NCBI GenBank assembly: GCA_900321255.1
Contig: ONVK01000003.1
Span: 1 to 57,685, forward strand
Source: an uncultured Lentisphaerota bacterium
GTDB taxonomy: Bacteria; Verrucomicrobiota; Kiritimatiellia; RFP12; UBA1067
DNA: 57,685 nt
Direction: 5' to 3'
In this document: one piece after another, positions 47,155 through 56,551 of the stretch
How the letters are laid out: each line of letters opens with the position of its first letter
Position numbering within the stretch: position 1 is the stretch's first letter
The notes under the pieces: model-generated
Seen by the model: only the letters and a program-made list of their open reading frames with translations
The model's database searches: none
Told to the model about the DNA's origin: nothing
Translations under genes and position numbers: made by a program

Positions 47155-50100
47155 ATGAAATACAAGAACATACCGCCACAGATAGCCGCCAAGCTCAACG
47201 AGAGCGTGGGTCGGGTTCGCCGCATTCTCCTCGTGCGCGGCACATGCGCCACGCTCGCCGTCTTCGTCGCATCGGTCCTCTCCATAATGGCGATCGACGC
47301 GATGGTGACGATCTATGTCTCGTGGGTCAGATGGCTCCTCTGGGCCTGTTGCGTCGCGGCGACCGCCGCGGTTGCGTGGTTTGCGCTGATAAAGCCGCTC
47401 CGCCGCAAGTTCACGGCTGCCGAGATCGCGGCGCTCATCGAACGCAACCATCCCGAACTCGAGGAGCGTCTTTCCACCGTCGTCGAGCTCGCGCAGGCTG
47501 GCGACCTGTCGTCGTCCTCCCGTCTCATGGAGGAGATTACGAAGGACGCCGTCAAGGACGTGCAGACGGTTTCGCCCAAGAAGGAGTTCACGGGAAGGAC
47601 CGTGAAGCCGAGGTTTATCGCCGCCGCGATCGCCGTAGGCATACTCCTCCTCCTGTTCGCGGCGTTTCCAGACGCCACGCTCAGGCTTGCGACGCGCGCA
47701 CTCGTTCCGTCCGCCGAGGTTGACAACATCTACGCCTCTTCGCTCAAGGTGTCGCCCGGCGACAAGGTCATACTCGAGGGCACTCCCCTCGCTCTCTCTC
47801 TCGCCGTCAGCGAAGGCTTTCCGTCTAGGGCGTTCGTCAGGACGCGTCAGGACGGCAGGAGCGAGGCCGTGGAGCGGATGGTCAGGGTTTCTGAAGAGGG
47901 CGCTGAAGGCCCCGTGATATATTCGTTCTCCTATCCGCGCGTGACGAAGAGCTTCAACTACAGGATAAGCTGCGGAAGCGCCCTGACGCGCGCGTACAGG
48001 GTAGAGGTTGTTCCCGAGCCGAGGTATTCCGAGAGGATGGTCGAGGTGCGTCACCCCGAGTACACCGGCCGCGAACCAGAGCGCTACACGAACACGGCCG
48101 CGATAGTCGGCCTCGAGGGGTCTAAGGTCACGGTTTCCGTCAAGCCGTCGCGTCCCGACGTCGAGGGCTCGATTACGCTCCCCGGCGACGTTGTGGTTTC
48201 TGGATCCGAGTCGGACGGCCGACTCTCGTTCTCGTTCAACCTCGAGAAGGGCGGCGAAGGCGGCTGGAGCTCGCAGGTGTGGGATTCCTACGGCTTCACG
48301 AACCAGATGGAGACGTCCTCCATAACGATTGTCAAGGACATGCCGCCCGAGGCGAAGCTCGTGTCGCCGGAGAAGATGGATCTCAAGCTCCCGGTGAACG
48401 GCAGCCTTCCGCTCGAGTACTCCATAAAGGACGACTTCGGCCTTTCGCGCACCACGCTTGAGGTCTGCATAGGCGCTGGCGCGTGGGAGGAGTACAGGCA
48501 GCTCGAGCCGGAGAAGTCCGGCGACGTCACGTGGGGCGGTTCGCACGTGGTCCACTTCGTCTCCGGCGGCTTCAACAACGCGGCCGTTGTGCGCTTCCGC
48601 ATCAAGGCCGAAGACAATCTCCCTGCCGATCTCGGTGGCCCCGGCCGGGCCTATACTCCCGAGGTAATGGTCAACCTCGTGGGCAGCAAGGATGCGAAGT
48701 CGTTCGGCCGGCAGTCGCTTAACGCGCAGATCGACGGCGCCAAGAAGGACATACAGAACATCGTCGACCACCTCAAGACGGCCAAGAAGAACTTCGAGGG
48801 ATCGAGGGGATCGTATGCGAACGCCGAGAACAATACCTGGCAGCGTTCCGAGGCGGTCAAGTCCAGCGAAAGGGCTCGGTCGGCAATGCAGAACGCCGAA
48901 GCTCTTCTCTCCGACTTCATCGACGGCCTTCTCGACAGCCGTCTCGACACGGGGGCCGAGATGTTCAGGCCTATCCTCGACAAGCACGTGACTCCAATCC
49001 GCCAGGGTTCGGAGGATGTGTTCCTCATGTCCCGCTGGAATGAGAAGAGCGATGCATGCAAGACGCTCGCTAAGGACACCGATACGGCCATCAAGGCTTT
49101 CGAGGAGGCGAAGCGCAAGTTCGACCTTCTGACCAGGGCTGCCGAGGAGCTGCAGAAGATGCAGGATCTCGTGGAGCGCGAAAAGGCGCTTGCCGAGCTT
49201 GCCGAGAAGGGCGAAATCGACGCAAAGACGCTCGAGGAGGAGGAGAAGAAGCTTCTTGAGGAGGTCAAGGATGCCATAAAGGACGACCTCGAGAAGAACC
49301 TCGACAAGCAGATCGAAAAGGCGAAGGAACTCGAAGAGAAGGGCAAGGACCTCGCCAAACGCCAGGAAGAGATCGAGAAGAAGGCCGAAGAAGCGGCAAA
49401 GAACGGCGACGATGCCGGGAAGAAGGCGGCTGCAGACGAGGAGAAGAAGCTTGCCAAGGACATCTCAGACCTCGCTCGCGAAACCGACAAACTGACAAAG
49501 GAGATCGAGCAGCAGACCGGTTCGCAGGAGATGGACGAAAACAGGACATCGGAGGGTGCGGAGAAAGCGACCGAGATGGCGGAGAAGGCCTCTGAATCCG
49601 CGAACGACGCAGCGGAGAAGATGAAGAACGGCGACATGGATGGAGCCAAGAGCGACATGCAGAATGTCAAGGATGCTCTTTCGGAGGCGCAGCAACAACT
49701 GAACAACGCCCAGCAGAAGATGGGTTCCAAGAACGACGAGTTCGAGCAAAACGCCAACAGCCTCGGCGACATGGTCAAGGCGATGGAGGAGGCCCTTGAT
49801 GCCGCCAAATCCGCCGCTGAAGCCCAGGAGCGCCAAGGCGAGCAGTCTCAGGGACAGGAAGGCGAGTGGACACAAGGTCAGGATGGCGAACGTCAGGATG
49901 GCGAGCGTCAGGATGGCGAGCAGTCTCAGGGGCAGGAAGGCAGCCAGCAGCAAGGTGATCAACAGCAGGGTCAGCAGCAGGGCGAAAAGCAACAAGGTCA
50001 GCAGCAGGGTCAGCAGCAGGGCGAAAAGCAACAAGGTCAGCAGCAAGGTCAGCAACAGGGCGAAAAGCAGCAGGGCGACCAGCAGCAAGGCCAGCAACAG

Positions 50101-50811
50101 GGCGAAAAGCAGCAGGGCGACCAGCAGCAAGGTGATCAACAGCAGGGCGAAAAGCAGCAAGGTGATCAACAGCAGGGCCAGCAGCAGCAGGGCCAGCAGC
50201 AGCAGGGCCAGCAGCAACAGCAGCAGGGTCAGCAACAGCAGCAGGGCCAGCAGCAACAGCAGCAGGGTCAGCAACAGCAGCAGGGTCAGCAACAGCAGCA
50301 GGGTCAGCAACAGCAGCAGGGTCAGCAACAGCAGCAGGGCCAGCAACAGCAGCAAGGTCAGCAACAGCAGCAGGGTCAGCAACAACAGCAGGGCCAGCAA
50401 CAGCAGCAAGGACCAATGCAGCAGGCCGCGCAGAAGGCGAACGAGGCTTCGCAGAAGATGCAGGAGCAAACTAACCGCCAGGCATCGCAGAACAATATGC
50501 CAATGGAGCAGTTCGACAGCGAATCTTCCGACAGCGAGTCGTCCTCCGAGAGCAGCGAGAATATGGAAGGCGGGAAGTCGAGCAGTAATGCCAAACACTC
50601 CCAGCACCAGCAGAAGAAGTCGTCAAAGAAGAAAAAGAAGCCCGCTCAAAGGATCCAGCCCGACGACGAGGGTGATGACGACGACTGGTTCAAGATGAAG
50701 AGCGAATCTGGAACTGGCGCAGAGGTTGATTCCCTTGACGATGTCCCGCCCGAATACCGCGGGCTAGTACGTGAATATTTCAAGTCGTTGAATGAAGGAG
50801 ACAAAAAATGA
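47155..50811 (+). CDS. Large DUF4175-like membrane protein with coiled coil and poly-Gln/Gly repeat
   Basis: N-terminal TMs plus IERNHPELEERLST, Ig-like region (DDFGL), long E/K/A-rich coiled coil, Q-rich repeat and C-terminal PPEYRGLVREYFKSL. Confidence 0.75.
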   Translation: MKYKNIPPQIAAKLNESVGRVRRILLVRGTCATLAVFVASVLSIMAIDAMVTIYVSWVRWLLWACCVAATAAVAWFALIKPLRRKFTAAEIAALIERNHPELEERLSTVVELAQAGDLSSSSRLMEEITKDAVKDVQTVSPKKEFTGRTVKPRFIAAAIAVGILLLLFAAFPDATLRLATRALVPSAEVDNIYASSLKVSPGDKVILEGTPLALSLAVSEGFPSRAFVRTRQDGRSEAVERMVRVSEEGAEGPVIYSFSYPRVTKSFNYRISCGSALTRAYRVEVVPEPRYSERMVEVRHPEYTGREPERYTNTAAIVGLEGSKVTVSVKPSRPDVEGSITLPGDVVVSGSESDGRLSFSFNLEKGGEGGWSSQVWDSYGFTNQMETSSITIVKDMPPEAKLVSPEKMDLKLPVNGSLPLEYSIKDDFGLSRTTLEVCIGAGAWEEYRQLEPEKSGDVTWGGSHVVHFVSGGFNNAAVVRFRIKAEDNLPADLGGPGRAYTPEVMVNLVGSKDAKSFGRQSLNAQIDGAKKDIQNIVDHLKTAKKNFEGSRGSYANAENNTWQRSEAVKSSERARSAMQNAEALLSDFIDGLLDSRLDTGAEMFRPILDKHVTPIRQGSEDVFLMSRWNEKSDACKTLAKDTDTAIKAFEEAKRKFDLLTRAAEELQKMQDLVEREKALAELAEKGEIDAKTLEEEEKKLLEEVKDAIKDDLEKNLDKQIEKAKELEEKGKDLAKRQEEIEKKAEEAAKNGDDAGKKAAADEEKKLAKDISDLARETDKLTKEIEQQTGSQEMDENRTSEGAEKATEMAEKASESANDAAEKMKNGDMDGAKSDMQNVKDALSEAQQQLNNAQQKMGSKNDEFEQNANSLGDMVKAMEEALDAAKSAAEAQERQGEQSQGQEGEWTQGQDGERQDGERQDGEQSQGQEGSQQQGDQQQGQQQGEKQQGQQQGQQQGEKQQGQQQGQQQGEKQQGDQQQGQQQGEKQQGDQQQGDQQQGEKQQGDQQQGQQQQGQQQQGQQQQQQGQQQQQGQQQQQQGQQQQQGQQQQQGQQQQQGQQQQQGQQQQQGQQQQQGQQQQQGQQQQQGPMQQAAQKANEASQKMQEQTNRQASQNNMPMEQFDSESSDSESSSESSENMEGGKSSSNAKHSQHQQKKSSKKKKKPAQRIQPDDEGDDDDWFKMKSESGTGAEVDSLDDVPPEYRGLVREYFKSLNEGDKK
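49834..50412 (+). repeat. Intragenic low-complexity tandem repeat encoding ~193 residues of Gln/Gly
   Basis: Units QDGER, GEKQQ, GDQQQ, GQQQ, then GQQQQQ (18-nt units such as GGTCAGCAACAGCAGCAG). Confidence 0.95.
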
Positions 50812-51848
50812 GTAAAAAACTTGTTGCAGGATTTGCCGTTCTGTGCGCTGGCGTGTTTGCGCTTTCGGCGAATGCGGCAAAGGAGCCCGACAGGATTGAT
50901 CTCGCAATCGAGCGCGGGCTTGAATACCTTCTTGCCGTACAGAAGGATTCCGGCGCATACCCCGGCCAGCAGGGAGATACAGTTGCGATTCCGGCTCTTG
51001 CCGCGATGGCGTGTCTTGCGACGGGACATGTTCCAGGTGATGCGAAATACGGAAAGCTGATAGAGCGTTCCCTCGACTATGTCCTTGCCAACCACGACGA
51101 GACCGGGTATTTCGGCGCTATCGGCAACGGCAAGATGTACGCCCATTCGATCGCGACGCTCCTTCTGACGGAGGTGTCCGGCATGGTGTCGAAGGAGCGG
51201 CAGGCGCAGATAGACGAAATCCTGCCGAAGGCCATAAAGGTCATCCTCGACGCCCAGAACATAAAGAAAAGCCAGTACAACGACGGCGGCTGGCGCTATA
51301 CGCCCGATACGACGGATTCCGACACAAGCTGCTCGGGCTGGGCGCTTATGGCGCTCAGGTCCGCAAGATTGAACGGGGCACAAGTGCCGAAGAGCGCTAT
51401 TGAGCGCGCCGTCAGATATATGCACCGTCACCACCACAAGGAAAAGGGCTGCTTTGGCTACCAGAACACCGACGGGTCTGCCGTGACGCTCTCGGGTGCA
51501 GGAATCCTCTGCCTCGAGCTCTGCGGCAAACACGAGGACCCCGACTCGCTCAGCGCGGCGAAATACCTAATGTCTGTGTACCGCGAGAAACTCCCGAACG
51601 AGGGATATGCCTACTACGGGTTATACTACGCTTCGCAGGGCCTTTTTCAGATAGGCGGGGAGAATTGGAAAGAGTTTTCCGAGTGGATGTACGACACTTA
51701 CCTTCCTCGGCAGCGTCCGACGGGCGCATGGCCAGAGCACGGCAACGAGCGCACCGAGCCGTATGCGACGGCGATGACCATCCTCGCGTTCGCGGTTCCT
51801 TTCCGCCAGCTTCCTGTGTACCAGAGAGACGAGACGGTCGACGAATGA
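50808..51848 (+). CDS. Exported prenyltransferase/squalene-oxidase-repeat (alpha/alpha toroid) protein
   Basis: Signal peptide; repeats GLEYL..VQ..SG, MYAHSIATL, GGWRY, SDTS, YYGLYY and Q..TGAW. Confidence 0.8.
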   Translation: MSKKLVAGFAVLCAGVFALSANAAKEPDRIDLAIERGLEYLLAVQKDSGAYPGQQGDTVAIPALAAMACLATGHVPGDAKYGKLIERSLDYVLANHDETGYFGAIGNGKMYAHSIATLLLTEVSGMVSKERQAQIDEILPKAIKVILDAQNIKKSQYNDGGWRYTPDTTDSDTSCSGWALMALRSARLNGAQVPKSAIERAVRYMHRHHHKEKGCFGYQNTDGSAVTLSGAGILCLELCGKHEDPDSLSAAKYLMSVYREKLPNEGYAYYGLYYASQGLFQIGGENWKEFSEWMYDTYLPRQRPTGAWPEHGNERTEPYATAMTILAFAVPFRQLPVYQRDETVDE

Positions 51849-52483
51849 TGCCGAAGGGGAAGTTCATAACCTTCGAGGGCGGCGAGGGCTGCGGAAAGTC
51901 CACGCAGGTGCAGCGGCTGAAGGCCGCGCTTGAACGGAAGGGCATCTCGGTCCTCCTCACGCGCGAGCCCGGCGGAACGCGCCTCGCCGAGCAGATCCGC
52001 TCGCTTCTGAAGGATGAAACCGAAGACCCGCCGTGCGACAGGGCCGAGCTTCTTCTTTTCCTCGCCGCGCGCGCACAGCTCGTGAAGAATGTCATACGTC
52101 CGGCGCTTGCCGCCGGAACATGGGTCGTCTCCGACAGGTTCAGCGATTCGACGATCGCCTACCAGGGGTATGGACGTGGTCTTCCGCTCGGCATCGTGCG
52201 CGAGGCGAACGACTTTGCGTGCGACGGGCTGAAGCCGGACCTTACACTCCTGCTTGACGTCGACCCGGAGACGGCGCGCGAGCGGATGCGCGGGCGCGAG
52301 AAGTCGACGAACACTACGGCGGATCGCATAGAGCGCGCGGGAGACGATTTTCATGCGCGGCTTCGAAAGGGCTTCCTCGAGCTTGCCGCGGCAGAACCCT
52401 CGCGCATAGCGACGATAGACGCGTCGGGGACCGAAGACGATGTCTGGGAGAGAGTATGGAAGTCGACGACGCGTATTCTCTGA
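51845..52483 (+). CDS. tmk: Thymidylate kinase
   Basis: FITFEGGEGCGKST, TREPGGT, DRFSDST.AYQG and PDLTLLLD. Confidence 0.95.
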   Translation: MMPKGKFITFEGGEGCGKSTQVQRLKAALERKGISVLLTREPGGTRLAEQIRSLLKDETEDPPCDRAELLLFLAARAQLVKNVIRPALAAGTWVVSDRFSDSTIAYQGYGRGLPLGIVREANDFACDGLKPDLTLLLDVDPETARERMRGREKSTNTTADRIERAGDDFHARLRKGFLELAAAEPSRIATIDASGTEDDVWERVWKSTTRIL

Positions 52484-53256
52484 TATCGCGCGCCATCGAC
52501 AGCGGGCATGCGGCGCACGGATATCTCGTCTGCGGCGATCTGCGCGGCCAATGCGACGCGCTGACCGAAATGATTCTGCGAAAGCTGTTCCCGAACGAGC
52601 CCGCGCAGGTCGAGTCAAGGTGCCATCCCGACATCGCCTGGCTGGAGCCCGAGGGGAAGTCGCGCACGATACACGTAAAGTCGATGCGAGAGCGAATCGT
52701 CGAGCCGATGGCCTCGACGGCGTTCTCGGGAGGATGGAAGGCCGGCGTCATAGTGGGCGCAGACAGGATGGAACTGGCTGCGGCCAATTCGTTTCTGAAG
52801 ACGCTCGAGGAGCCTCCGCCTAAGACGATGTTCCTTCTTCTCACCGACCAGCCCGATGCGGTGCTGTCGACGATCGTATCGCGTTCGCAGAGGATTGACC
52901 TCCCTCTTTCCGAAGGACTTCTCGATGACGATGCGTACGACGCAGTCGAGGAGGTGCTCTCGTCGCGCGGGGTTTCAGGCGTCTTCGAGAAGGCGCAGGC
53001 GGGCAGACGCCTCGCCGAGATTCTTTCGGAAGTCAAGGACGAGGCCGAGGATGAGGATGTCGCGATGGCGCGGAAGGCGTTCTACAGGACCGTCATGAAG
53101 TTCGTCCGCGGCTGGATGGTGAAGGGCGAACTTCCGCGGCACCAGGCGTTCAGGAACGTCTCCGCCGTAGAAGACGCGTTTCTCCAGAGCGAGCGGTATC
53201 TTTCCGACGACGCGGTGCTTTGCAATCTTGCCGACCGGCTCGTCTGGCCCGCCTGA
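52456..53256 (+). CDS. holB: DNA polymerase III delta' subunit
   Basis: HGYL, HPD, AANSFLKTLEEPP and TIVSRSQ; follows tmk as usual. Confidence 0.85.
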   Translation: MEVDDAYSLISRAIDSGHAAHGYLVCGDLRGQCDALTEMILRKLFPNEPAQVESRCHPDIAWLEPEGKSRTIHVKSMRERIVEPMASTAFSGGWKAGVIVGADRMELAAANSFLKTLEEPPPKTMFLLLTDQPDAVLSTIVSRSQRIDLPLSEGLLDDDAYDAVEEVLSSRGVSGVFEKAQAGRRLAEILSEVKDEAEDEDVAMARKAFYRTVMKFVRGWMVKGELPRHQAFRNVSAVEDAFLQSERYLSDDAVLCNLADRLVWPA

Positions 53257-53269
53257 AAGGAACTGCGGA

Positions 53270-54208
53270 ATGAAGCTCTCCCTTTCCACGAACTGGTGCA
53301 ACCGCAGGATTGACGACGGGCGGGAGATCGCCGAGAAGGCGCTTGAGCTCGGCTTCGAGGAGCTTGAGCTCGGGTTCCACACGACGGCGCGTCAGGTCGC
53401 CGGCTTCAAGGCGATGCTTGGGCATATTCCCGTGGGGAGCGTCCACGCGTTCTGCCCTGTTCCGCTTTCGGCGCCGCAAGGATATCCCGAGCTATACCAG
53501 CTTGCGACGCTCGACGAGGAAGGCCGCAGAATGGCCGTTCTACAGGTGACGAGGAACATCGACTTTGCCGCCGAGATGGGTGCGGACACCGTTGTCCTCC
53601 ACGCGGGACGTGTTGCGTTTGACCGTGTGTTCGACCGCATCGACTCTGGGACTCTCCGCGACGTCCTCAGGGCGAACAAGGGCGACGTCAAGTCGGCGCC
53701 GTACGTGAAGCTGCTTGCGCGCGCCTCGAAACGCCGCGTAAAGCGAGGCGAGAAGCTGCTCGACGTCTTCCTTAAGACGCTTTCCGACCTTGCGCCGCGC
53801 CTCGTGGAGAAGGGCGTCACGCTCGCGCTCGAGAACCTGCCGTACTACGAGGGCTTCCCCGCGGAATGGGAGCTCCCCAGGATCGTCAGCGAGTTCAGGG
53901 GTGCGCCGATCCGCGGCTGGTTCGACACTGGCCATGACCGCGTCCGCGAGATGCACGGCTGGCGCGGCGAGGTGAAAGTCTCCGATTTCGGCGAATACGC
54001 TAAAAGCTTTTTCGCAGGCATGCACCTCAACGACGTCGTCGACTTCAACGACGATCATTTCGCGCCTGGCGACGGCAAGGTCGACTTCGCGGCGCTTGCC
54101 GATTTCGCGAGGAATGTCAGCCACGTCGTCTTCGAGCCGTCGCAGGCCGTAGACGAGGACTCGCTGCGCCGCTCTGTCGCGCACGTCCGCTCATTGTGGG
54201 GGGAGTGA
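53270..54208 (+). CDS. Sugar phosphate isomerase/epimerase family TIM-barrel protein
   Basis: SVHA, VVLHAG, LALEN, FDTGH, MHLND and H..PG.G.VDF. Confidence 0.8.
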   Translation: MKLSLSTNWCNRRIDDGREIAEKALELGFEELELGFHTTARQVAGFKAMLGHIPVGSVHAFCPVPLSAPQGYPELYQLATLDEEGRRMAVLQVTRNIDFAAEMGADTVVLHAGRVAFDRVFDRIDSGTLRDVLRANKGDVKSAPYVKLLARASKRRVKRGEKLLDVFLKTLSDLAPRLVEKGVTLALENLPYYEGFPAEWELPRIVSEFRGAPIRGWFDTGHDRVREMHGWRGEVKVSDFGEYAKSFFAGMHLNDVVDFNDDHFAPGDGKVDFAALADFARNVSHVVFEPSQAVDEDSLRRSVAHVRSLWGE

Positions 54209-56097
54209 TGTACAGGAAGGTCCATTTCACCGGCATAGGAGGCGTCGGAATGGCCGCGCTCGCCGTGCTGCTGAAAAACAGGGGCTGCGACGTCTCCGGA
54301 TGCGACATTTCGCGCAGCGCCCGCACGGACTGGCTCGAGTCCCTCGGCGTGCACGTCGACATCGGGCATTCCCCCGCCCATGTCGCAGATGCCGACGAGG
54401 TTATAGCCACTCCCGCCGTCTCCCGCGGCAACCCCGAGCTCTCCGCCGCGAAGGGGCGCGTCAGGATGCGCGGCGAGGTCCTTGCCGAGATCGTGAACGC
54501 CGCAGACGACTCGATAGCGGTGTGCGGCAGCCACGGCAAGACCACTACGGCGACGTTCGTCGCGAAGCTGCTTCTCGCGCTCGGCGAGGAAGTGGAATGG
54601 GCCATCGGCGGCGAGACGGGCGATTTCCCGGTGGCAGGCGGAAAGGGCGTTCTCGTAGTCGAGGCGGACGAGTCCGACGGCACGCTTGCGCTATACCGCG
54701 CCAGGACTCTCGTCGTCACCAACTGCGACTACGACCATCCCGACCGATTCAGGACGAGAGACGAATACGTAGCCTGCTTCGACGCGGCGCGTCGCCAGTC
54801 ATCCGACGTCGTGGAAGGGGAAGGCCTTTCCCCCCTCGCGTTCCTCGAGGGGATTCCCGCCTTCGCGGCGCTTGCGCCTCACAACAGGAAGAACGCCCGT
54901 GCGGCCGTCGAGGTCGCTCTGCGGCGCGGGCACTCGCCCGAGGCCATCGCCGCCGCGCTTCCGGAGGCGGTCGCTTCGCTCCCTGACCGGCGTTTCCAGC
55001 GCATCGCGGACGGCGTATACACCGACTACGCCCACCACCCCGCGGAAATGGCGTGCGCCGTGTCGATGGCGCGGCAGATATGCCGCGGAACGCTCCGCGT
55101 CCTCTTCCAGCCGCACCGCCATTCGCGCACCAAGGCTCTTCTCGCAGACTTTCCCGCGTCGCTCTCGCTCGCGGACGAAGTCGTCCTGTGCCCGGTGTAC
55201 GCAGCGTTCGAGCCTCCGGTCGAGGGCGGAGACATCGCAGACCTGTACAAGGCGACGCGCGACGCAGGAGTGCGCGTCATGCTCGCGCGAAGCTGCGCCG
55301 AGGCATGGGAGCATGCGCGCAATTCCACGTCAAAGGGAGACGTCACCCTTCTTCTCGGAGCGGGCGACATAATCGCGCTCGCCGCAAGGGTGAAGGCCGA
55401 CATGTCGCCTGGAGCGGCTTTCCCCGTGAGAAGGATCCTGATCGGGCAGGGCAGCAATACGTGGAAGAGCGATCTCAACCTGAGCGTGGAATACGCCACG
55501 ACCTCAGGTCCCGCAGGCGCGAGCGGCGCGTCGCTTGTCGCTGCACGTCCGTCGCTCTGCCCGTGGATGGCCGGCATCCCCGGCACGATCGGCGGGTGGG
55601 TGAAGATGAACGCCGGGGCGTTCGGCCATTCCATCTCCGAGGTCGTGGAGTCCGTCAAGGTCGACGGAAGGTGGATTCCCGCGGAGGACTGCGGCTTCGG
55701 ATACCGCACGAGCTCGATCGGCGGCGAGATCGAGGACGTGAAGTGGCGCGACTCTGTCTGCGAAGAAGGGTCGCCGGCCGATTTTCTCGCGCGCCGCAGG
55801 AAGTTTCCCTCCGGCACCAAGGGGAGCGTGTTCAAGAACCCGAAAGGCGATTTCGCAGGGCGGCTTCTCGAAGAGGCAGGAGCGAAGGGGCTCCGTGTTG
55901 GCGGTGCCTATGTCTGGGATGGACACGCGAATGTCATCGTGTCAGGACCAGACGCGACACCAAGCGACTTCCTTGCGCTTGCGCGGCTTATGCGCGAAAA
56001 GGTGTGGTTCCGTTTTGGAATACGCCTTGAGCCGGAGGTTCGGGGACTTGTCTTTGACGATCGGACGCGACCTGAGGCTACCTCGAGGACGGTCTGA
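54208..56097 (+). CDS. murC: MurC-MurB fusion (UDP-MurNAc--L-Ala ligase + UDP-MurNAc dehydrogenase)
   Basis: MurC motifs GIGGVGM, GSHGKTT, EADESDG, DYAHHP, FQPHRHSRT and LGAGDI. MurB motifs IGQGSN, GIPGTIGG..KMNAGA, FGYRTS, GSVFKNP, HAN and LEPEV. Confidence 0.85.
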   Translation: MYRKVHFTGIGGVGMAALAVLLKNRGCDVSGCDISRSARTDWLESLGVHVDIGHSPAHVADADEVIATPAVSRGNPELSAAKGRVRMRGEVLAEIVNAADDSIAVCGSHGKTTTATFVAKLLLALGEEVEWAIGGETGDFPVAGGKGVLVVEADESDGTLALYRARTLVVTNCDYDHPDRFRTRDEYVACFDAARRQSSDVVEGEGLSPLAFLEGIPAFAALAPHNRKNARAAVEVALRRGHSPEAIAAALPEAVASLPDRRFQRIADGVYTDYAHHPAEMACAVSMARQICRGTLRVLFQPHRHSRTKALLADFPASLSLADEVVLCPVYAAFEPPVEGGDIADLYKATRDAGVRVMLARSCAEAWEHARNSTSKGDVTLLLGAGDIIALAARVKADMSPGAAFPVRRILIGQGSNTWKSDLNLSVEYATTSGPAGASGASLVAARPSLCPWMAGIPGTIGGWVKMNAGAFGHSISEVVESVKVDGRWIPAEDCGFGYRTSSIGGEIEDVKWRDSVCEEGSPADFLARRRKFPSGTKGSVFKNPKGDFAGRLLEEAGAKGLRVGGAYVWDGHANVIVSGPDATPSDFLALARLMREKVWFRFGIRLEPEVRGLVFDDRTRPEATSRTV

Positions 56098-56413
56098 GGT
56101 CGGCGAGCTTCACCGACGCCTCGAACTGCGATAAAGACGTCGTCGTTATTCCGATTCCCTCGCGCTTCGCGGCCTCGATCATGTCGTCGGGCGGCTGGCG
56201 GTCGTGGCAGAGGACGATGCCCTCGATTCCGGCGAGCGTGCAGACGGCGATCGCGTTGAGATGGTTCTGTATCGTGATGAGGACGGATTCGTCGCCGCAG
56301 TGCCCCATGACGTCCGAGAGGAGATCTGACGTGTATGCTGCGGCGATCTCGCCGTCCGTGTTCTCCACGACGGTCTTCCCGCCGAGCCGTTCAGCAATTT
56401 CAGCGAATTTCAT
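56078..56413 (-). CDS. Stand-alone DRTGG-like domain protein
   Basis: MKFAEIAERLG...AYTSDLLSDVM...VLIT...N.IAVC...AKREGI. Likely start ATG 56413. Confidence 0.8.
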   Translation of the reverse strand: MKFAEIAERLGGKTVVENTDGEIAAAYTSDLLSDVMGHCGDESVLITIQNHLNAIAVCTLAGIEGIVLCHDRQPPDDMIEAAKREGIGITTTSLSQFEASVKLADLRPSSR

Positions 56414-56420
56414 GGTCGTA

Positions 56421-56429
56421 ATTATACCA
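56421..56429 (-). promoter_or_regulatory. Extended -10 element (TGGTATAAT on the - strand), probably giving a leaderless transcript
   Basis: 7 nt before ATG 56413; no SD sequence. Confidence 0.65.
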
Positions 56430-56490
56430 TATTTCTGCGGCGGCCCGCGAATTGCCGTTCGAGGAGGCGCAAAATACCCTTTTAGGGTGA

Positions 56491-56533
56491 TTGCATATTT
56501 TCGGAATATATGGGATAATATGTACATACAAAC
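56491..56533 (+). promoter_or_regulatory. sigma70-type promoter (TTGCAT-17 nt-GATAAT) with an overlapping palindromic operator-like site
   Basis: -35 at 56491-56496, TG-extended -10 at 56511-56519, ATATGTACATACAAAC at 56518-56533. Confidence 0.55.
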
Positions 56534-56551
56534 TCAAGGAGACTTTCGACG

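Noticed and set aside
49834-50412. Possible CRISPR array
   Set aside because: Contiguous codon-phased repeats inside a CDS, with no unique spacers and no cas genes.
49465-50698. Leu-rich, Ala/Asp/Pro-rich and Ser/Arg-rich repeat ORFs
   Set aside because: Alternative readings of the poly-Gln repeat, not separate genes.
50808-51848. Squalene-hopene cyclase / terpene cluster
   Set aside because: Too short, has a signal peptide, lacks a DxDD motif and sits in a MoxR operon.
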